64,000 nucleotides of DNA, taken from Acidimicrobiales bacterium. GTDB taxonomy: Bacteria > Actinomycetota > Acidimicrobiia > Acidimicrobiales > CAIXPF01. The notes under the pieces were generated by a model. That model did not search any database. It was not told where the DNA came from and was given only the letters and a program-made list of their open reading frames with translations. Made by a program: the position numbers and the translations under genes. The stretch lies in NCBI GenBank assembly GCA_020846295.1, contig JADLEF010000371.1:4959-68958 (forward strand), in the 5' to 3' direction. Numbering within the stretch: the stretch's first letter is position 1; each line of letters opens with the position of its first letter. Shown one piece after another: positions 61,638-64,000 of the stretch.

Positions 61638-62732
61638 ATGAGCAAGGTCGCAGCCACGACGGAAGCGCTGTCCATCGCGGTGGCGGCCAAGGTGCCCGTC
61701 CTGCTGTGGGGCGCGCCGGGCACCGGCAAGACCTCCGTCCTGCGGGCGCTGGCCGATGCCGCCGGCCTGCCGTGCGAGGTCGTCATCGCCTCCATCCGCG
61801 AGCCGAGCGACTTCGCCGGCCTGCCGGTCGTGATCGACGGGCAGGTCACCTTCGCCCCTCCGTCGTGGGCCCGCCGGCTGCACGCCACCGGCCACGGGCT
61901 GCTCTTCCTCGATGAGCTCTCCACCGCCCCTCCCGCCGTGCAGGCGGCGCTGTTGCGGGTCGTGCTCGAGCGCGTGGTCGGCGATCTGACCCTGCCCGAC
62001 GAGGTGGTCGTCGTCGCGGCGGCCAACCCGCCCGAGCAGGCCGCCGATGGTTGGGACCTGTCCGCGCCGCTGGCCAACCGCTTCTGCCACCTCGACTGGG
62101 CGGTCGACCCCCGAGCGTTCGCCGAGGGCATGGCCGGCGGCTTCCCGGCCCCGCCGGTGGCCTCGCTGCCCGACGGCTGGGAGCGCCAGCTCGTCGCCGC
62201 CCGGGCGTTGGTGAGCGCGTTCGCCACCGTGCGCCCGGCCCTGGTGGTCGCCCCGCCGCTCGACGCCACGTCCGCCGGCCGGGGCTGGCCCAGCCCCCGG
62301 ACCTGGGAGATGACCGCCCGGCTGCTCGGCGCGGCACGGGCCGCCGATGCATCGGCCGACGCGCTGTCGGCGCTGGTGCGCGGCGCGGTCGGCGACGGCG
62401 CCGGCGCCGAGTTCCTGGCCTGGTCGAGCGAGCTCGACCTGCCCGACCCGGAGGCGGTGCTGGCCGATCCGTCGAGCTTCGTGCTGCCCGAACGGGGCGA
62501 CCGCGCCTACGCCGCGCTGTCCTCGGTCGCCGCCGCAGTGCTCGCCGAGCTGACCGTCGAACGCTGGTACGCCGGCTGGAAGGTGCTCGGCGTCGCCGGC
62601 GAACGGGCGCCCGACGTCGCTGCGGTCGCGGCCCGGTTGCTGGCCCGCAACCGTCCGCCGGGCGCCAGCGCGCCACCCGAGAGCAAGGCCTTCCTCCCGC
62701 TGCTGCGCGATGCGGGGATGCTCCAGCCATGA
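61638..62732 (+). CDS. MoxR-class AAA+ ATPase (AAA_5 / CbbQ-NorQ-like)
   Basis: Walker A is LLWGAPGTGKTS and Walker B is LLFLDEL. AAANP and a C-terminal helical domain are also present. Confidence 0.85.
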   Translation: MSKVAATTEALSIAVAAKVPVLLWGAPGTGKTSVLRALADAAGLPCEVVIASIREPSDFAGLPVVIDGQVTFAPPSWARRLHATGHGLLFLDELSTAPPAVQAALLRVVLERVVGDLTLPDEVVVVAAANPPEQAADGWDLSAPLANRFCHLDWAVDPRAFAEGMAGGFPAPPVASLPDGWERQLVAARALVSAFATVRPALVVAPPLDATSAGRGWPSPRTWEMTARLLGAARAADASADALSALVRGAVGDGAGAEFLAWSSELDLPDPEAVLADPSSFVLPERGDRAYAALSSVAAAVLAELTVERWYAGWKVLGVAGERAPDVAAVAARLLARNRPPGASAPPESKAFLPLLRDAGMLQP

Positions 62733-64000
62733 GCACGCCGCCCACCGAGCTGCGCCACAAGGTGGCCGCCGCCCGTCTGTGGGCCGCGCACCGCTTCCCC
62801 TACCTCGCCTCGGTGCTGTTCGCCTCACCCGTCGTGTACCGCGAGGGTACCGGCACCGTGTCCGCCGACCGCCACTGGCGGCTCTACGTGGACGCCGAAC
62901 GGGCCGCCACCTGGCCGGTGGAGACCTTGGGGAGCCTGTTCGTGCTGCAGGCCAACCACCTGTTGCGCGAGCACGCCGAGCGGGCCGAGGCGCTCGGTCT
63001 GGCCACCGAGGACGCCCAGGCCTGGGCCGACGCGGCGGACGCCGAGATCAACGACGACCTCGTCGGCCAACTGAGCCTGCCCGACGACGACAAGGTCGTC
63101 ATGCCCGACGACTTCGACGCGCCTCGCGGGCGGCTGGCCGAGGAGTACTTCGAGCTCGTCAAGGCCGCGGCCAAGGCCGCCGACGACGGCGGCGACGACG
63201 GCGATGGCGAGGGGGACTTCGACAGCAGCCAGGGAGGCGGTGACGAGGGCGAGCAGGCACCGGCCGACGGCGACGCCCGGCCCGATCGGGGCAGCGGCAC
63301 CGACGGCCAGTCCCGCCCTGACGAACTGGGCGACCAACCGACGGACGGCTCGCCGTCCTCCGCCGACGCCCCCATACCGGACAGTACGGCCGAGCTGATC
63401 CGGCGCCAGGCCGCGGCGGACATCGCCAACGAGGCCCGCCAGCACGGCAACGTACCGGCCGGTCTGCTGCGCTGGGCCCAGGCCCGCCTGCACCCCAAGG
63501 TCGACTGGCGGCGCCAGCTCGCCGCCGAGCTCCGTCGCTGCGTGGCCGATGTCCGAGGTCAGGTCGACTACTCCTACCGCCGACCGTCGCGGCGGGCCGG
63601 CGCCACCCCCGACGTGGTGCTGCCCGCCCTGCGGCGGCCCCAACCGGAGGTCGTGGTCGTGTGCGACACGTCCGGTTCCATGGGGGAGGAGCGCCTCGAG
63701 CAGGTCCTGGCCGAGGTCGAGGGACTGCTGCAGTCCATCGGGGTGGGCGGGCTCACCGTCCTCGCCGTCGACGCCGAGGTGCACAGCGCCCGGCGCGTGC
63801 AGCACGCCGCCCAGGTCGAGCTCCTCGGCGGCGGAGGTACCGACATGGGCGCCGGCATCGCCGCAGCGATCGCCCGCCGCCCCCGGCCCGACATCGTCGT
63901 GGTGCTGACCGACGGTGAGACGCCGTGGCCCGCCGCCGCGCCGCGAGGGGTGCGGGTGGTCGTCGGCCTGCTCGGTGCCCGTGCCCCGCAAGGCCCTCGC
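62729..64000 (+). CDS. VWA-domain protein with DUF2201-like N-terminal region (partial, runs off the window)
   Basis: This gene is not in the ORF track because there is no stop before position 64000. ATG 62729 overlaps the ATPase stop (ATGA). My own translation gives MSTPPTELRHKVAAARLWAAHRFPYLASVLF..., then an acidic low-complexity linker, then the MIDAS-type motif VVVVCDTSGSMG. Confidence 0.75.
   Translation, partial: MSTPPTELRHKVAAARLWAAHRFPYLASVLFASPVVYREGTGTVSADRHWRLYVDAERAATWPVETLGSLFVLQANHLLREHAERAEALGLATEDAQAWADAADAEINDDLVGQLSLPDDDKVVMPDDFDAPRGRLAEEYFELVKAAAKAADDGGDDGDGEGDFDSSQGGGDEGEQAPADGDARPDRGSGTDGQSRPDELGDQPTDGSPSSADAPIPDSTAELIRRQAAADIANEARQHGNVPAGLLRWAQARLHPKVDWRRQLAAELRRCVADVRGQVDYSYRRPSRRAGATPDVVLPALRRPQPEVVVVCDTSGSMGEERLEQVLAEVEGLLQSIGVGGLTVLAVDAEVHSARRVQHAAQVELLGGGGTDMGAGIAAAIARRPRPDIVVVLTDGETPWPAAAPRGVRVVVGLLGARAPQGPR

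Noticed and set aside
1-64000. A search for tRNA, rRNA, tmRNA, RNase P RNA, transposases, integrases and phage or plasmid genes.
   Set aside because: I found no T-loop/acceptor-like sequences in the intergenic regions, no RNase P or tmRNA core motifs, and no recombinase-like ORFs. The window looks like ordinary chromosome.

Overview
This is a very GC-rich, gene-dense chromosomal segment with about 58 protein-coding genes on both strands and many 1-8 nt start/stop overlaps. Gene content (gpgS, egtD/egtB, an MtrB-LpqB-like pairing, leaderless-type starts) looks like Actinomycetota. I found no rRNA, tRNA, CRISPR array, transposase, integrase or phage genes. Because of the GC content, most long ORFs in the six-frame track are Arg/Pro/Gly-rich shadow frames. 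I called genes from recognisable family motifs, GC3 bias and start-codon context checked in the sequence. Gene order, left to right: (1) a folate block of MTHFR-like, folP, RibD_C-type reductase, gpgS and fused folB-folK; (2) a VIT1 transporter; (3) a 746-bp gene-free, repeat-rich spacer between convergent genes; (4) flavin reductase, GNAT and a CinA-like gene; (5) a family III CoA-transferase pair; (6) an alpha/beta hydrolase; (7) a PaaX-type regulator divergent from boxC-boxB-benzoate-CoA ligase; (8) cspA, an enoyl-CoA hydratase and an MFS pump; (9) egtD-egtB; (10) a second CoA-transferase pair; (11) a copper/envelope island of SCO1, PCuAC, an orphan ECF sigma, a cupredoxin-like lipoprotein, a membrane protein and a Met/His-rich secreted protein; (12) a histidine kinase with a GerMN lipoprotein and a divergent OmpR-type regulator; (13) a cysH-cysD-cysN-sulfite reductase-cysG operon; (14) a globin-coupled-sensor-like MCP and an AlkD-like protein; (15) a fused double CoA-transferase next to a molybdopterin oxidoreductase; (16) AKR, DUF389, dus, a hypothetical gene and an M20 peptidase; (17) a crotonase, a BNR protein, a PLP decarboxylase and menB; (18) DUF72, a short SSB paralogue, a small ORF and an orphan CoxL-like subunit; (19) ung, a Tat-exported amidase, and a MoxR-type AAA+ ATPase with a VWA partner that runs off the window. 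The four most noteworthy observations are these. First, two copies of the same ECF-type promoter motif (GGGAACTT-N17-TCTAC) sit directly in front of the two copper/envelope operons that flank the ECF sigma gene. Second, the repeat-rich spacer has a three-way-junction-like fold, and its palindrome family recurs in the SCO1 promoter region. Third, there are three paralogous two-module CoA-transferase systems, two split and one fused. Fourth, the box cluster lacks boxA and boxD and sits under a PaaX-like regulator.
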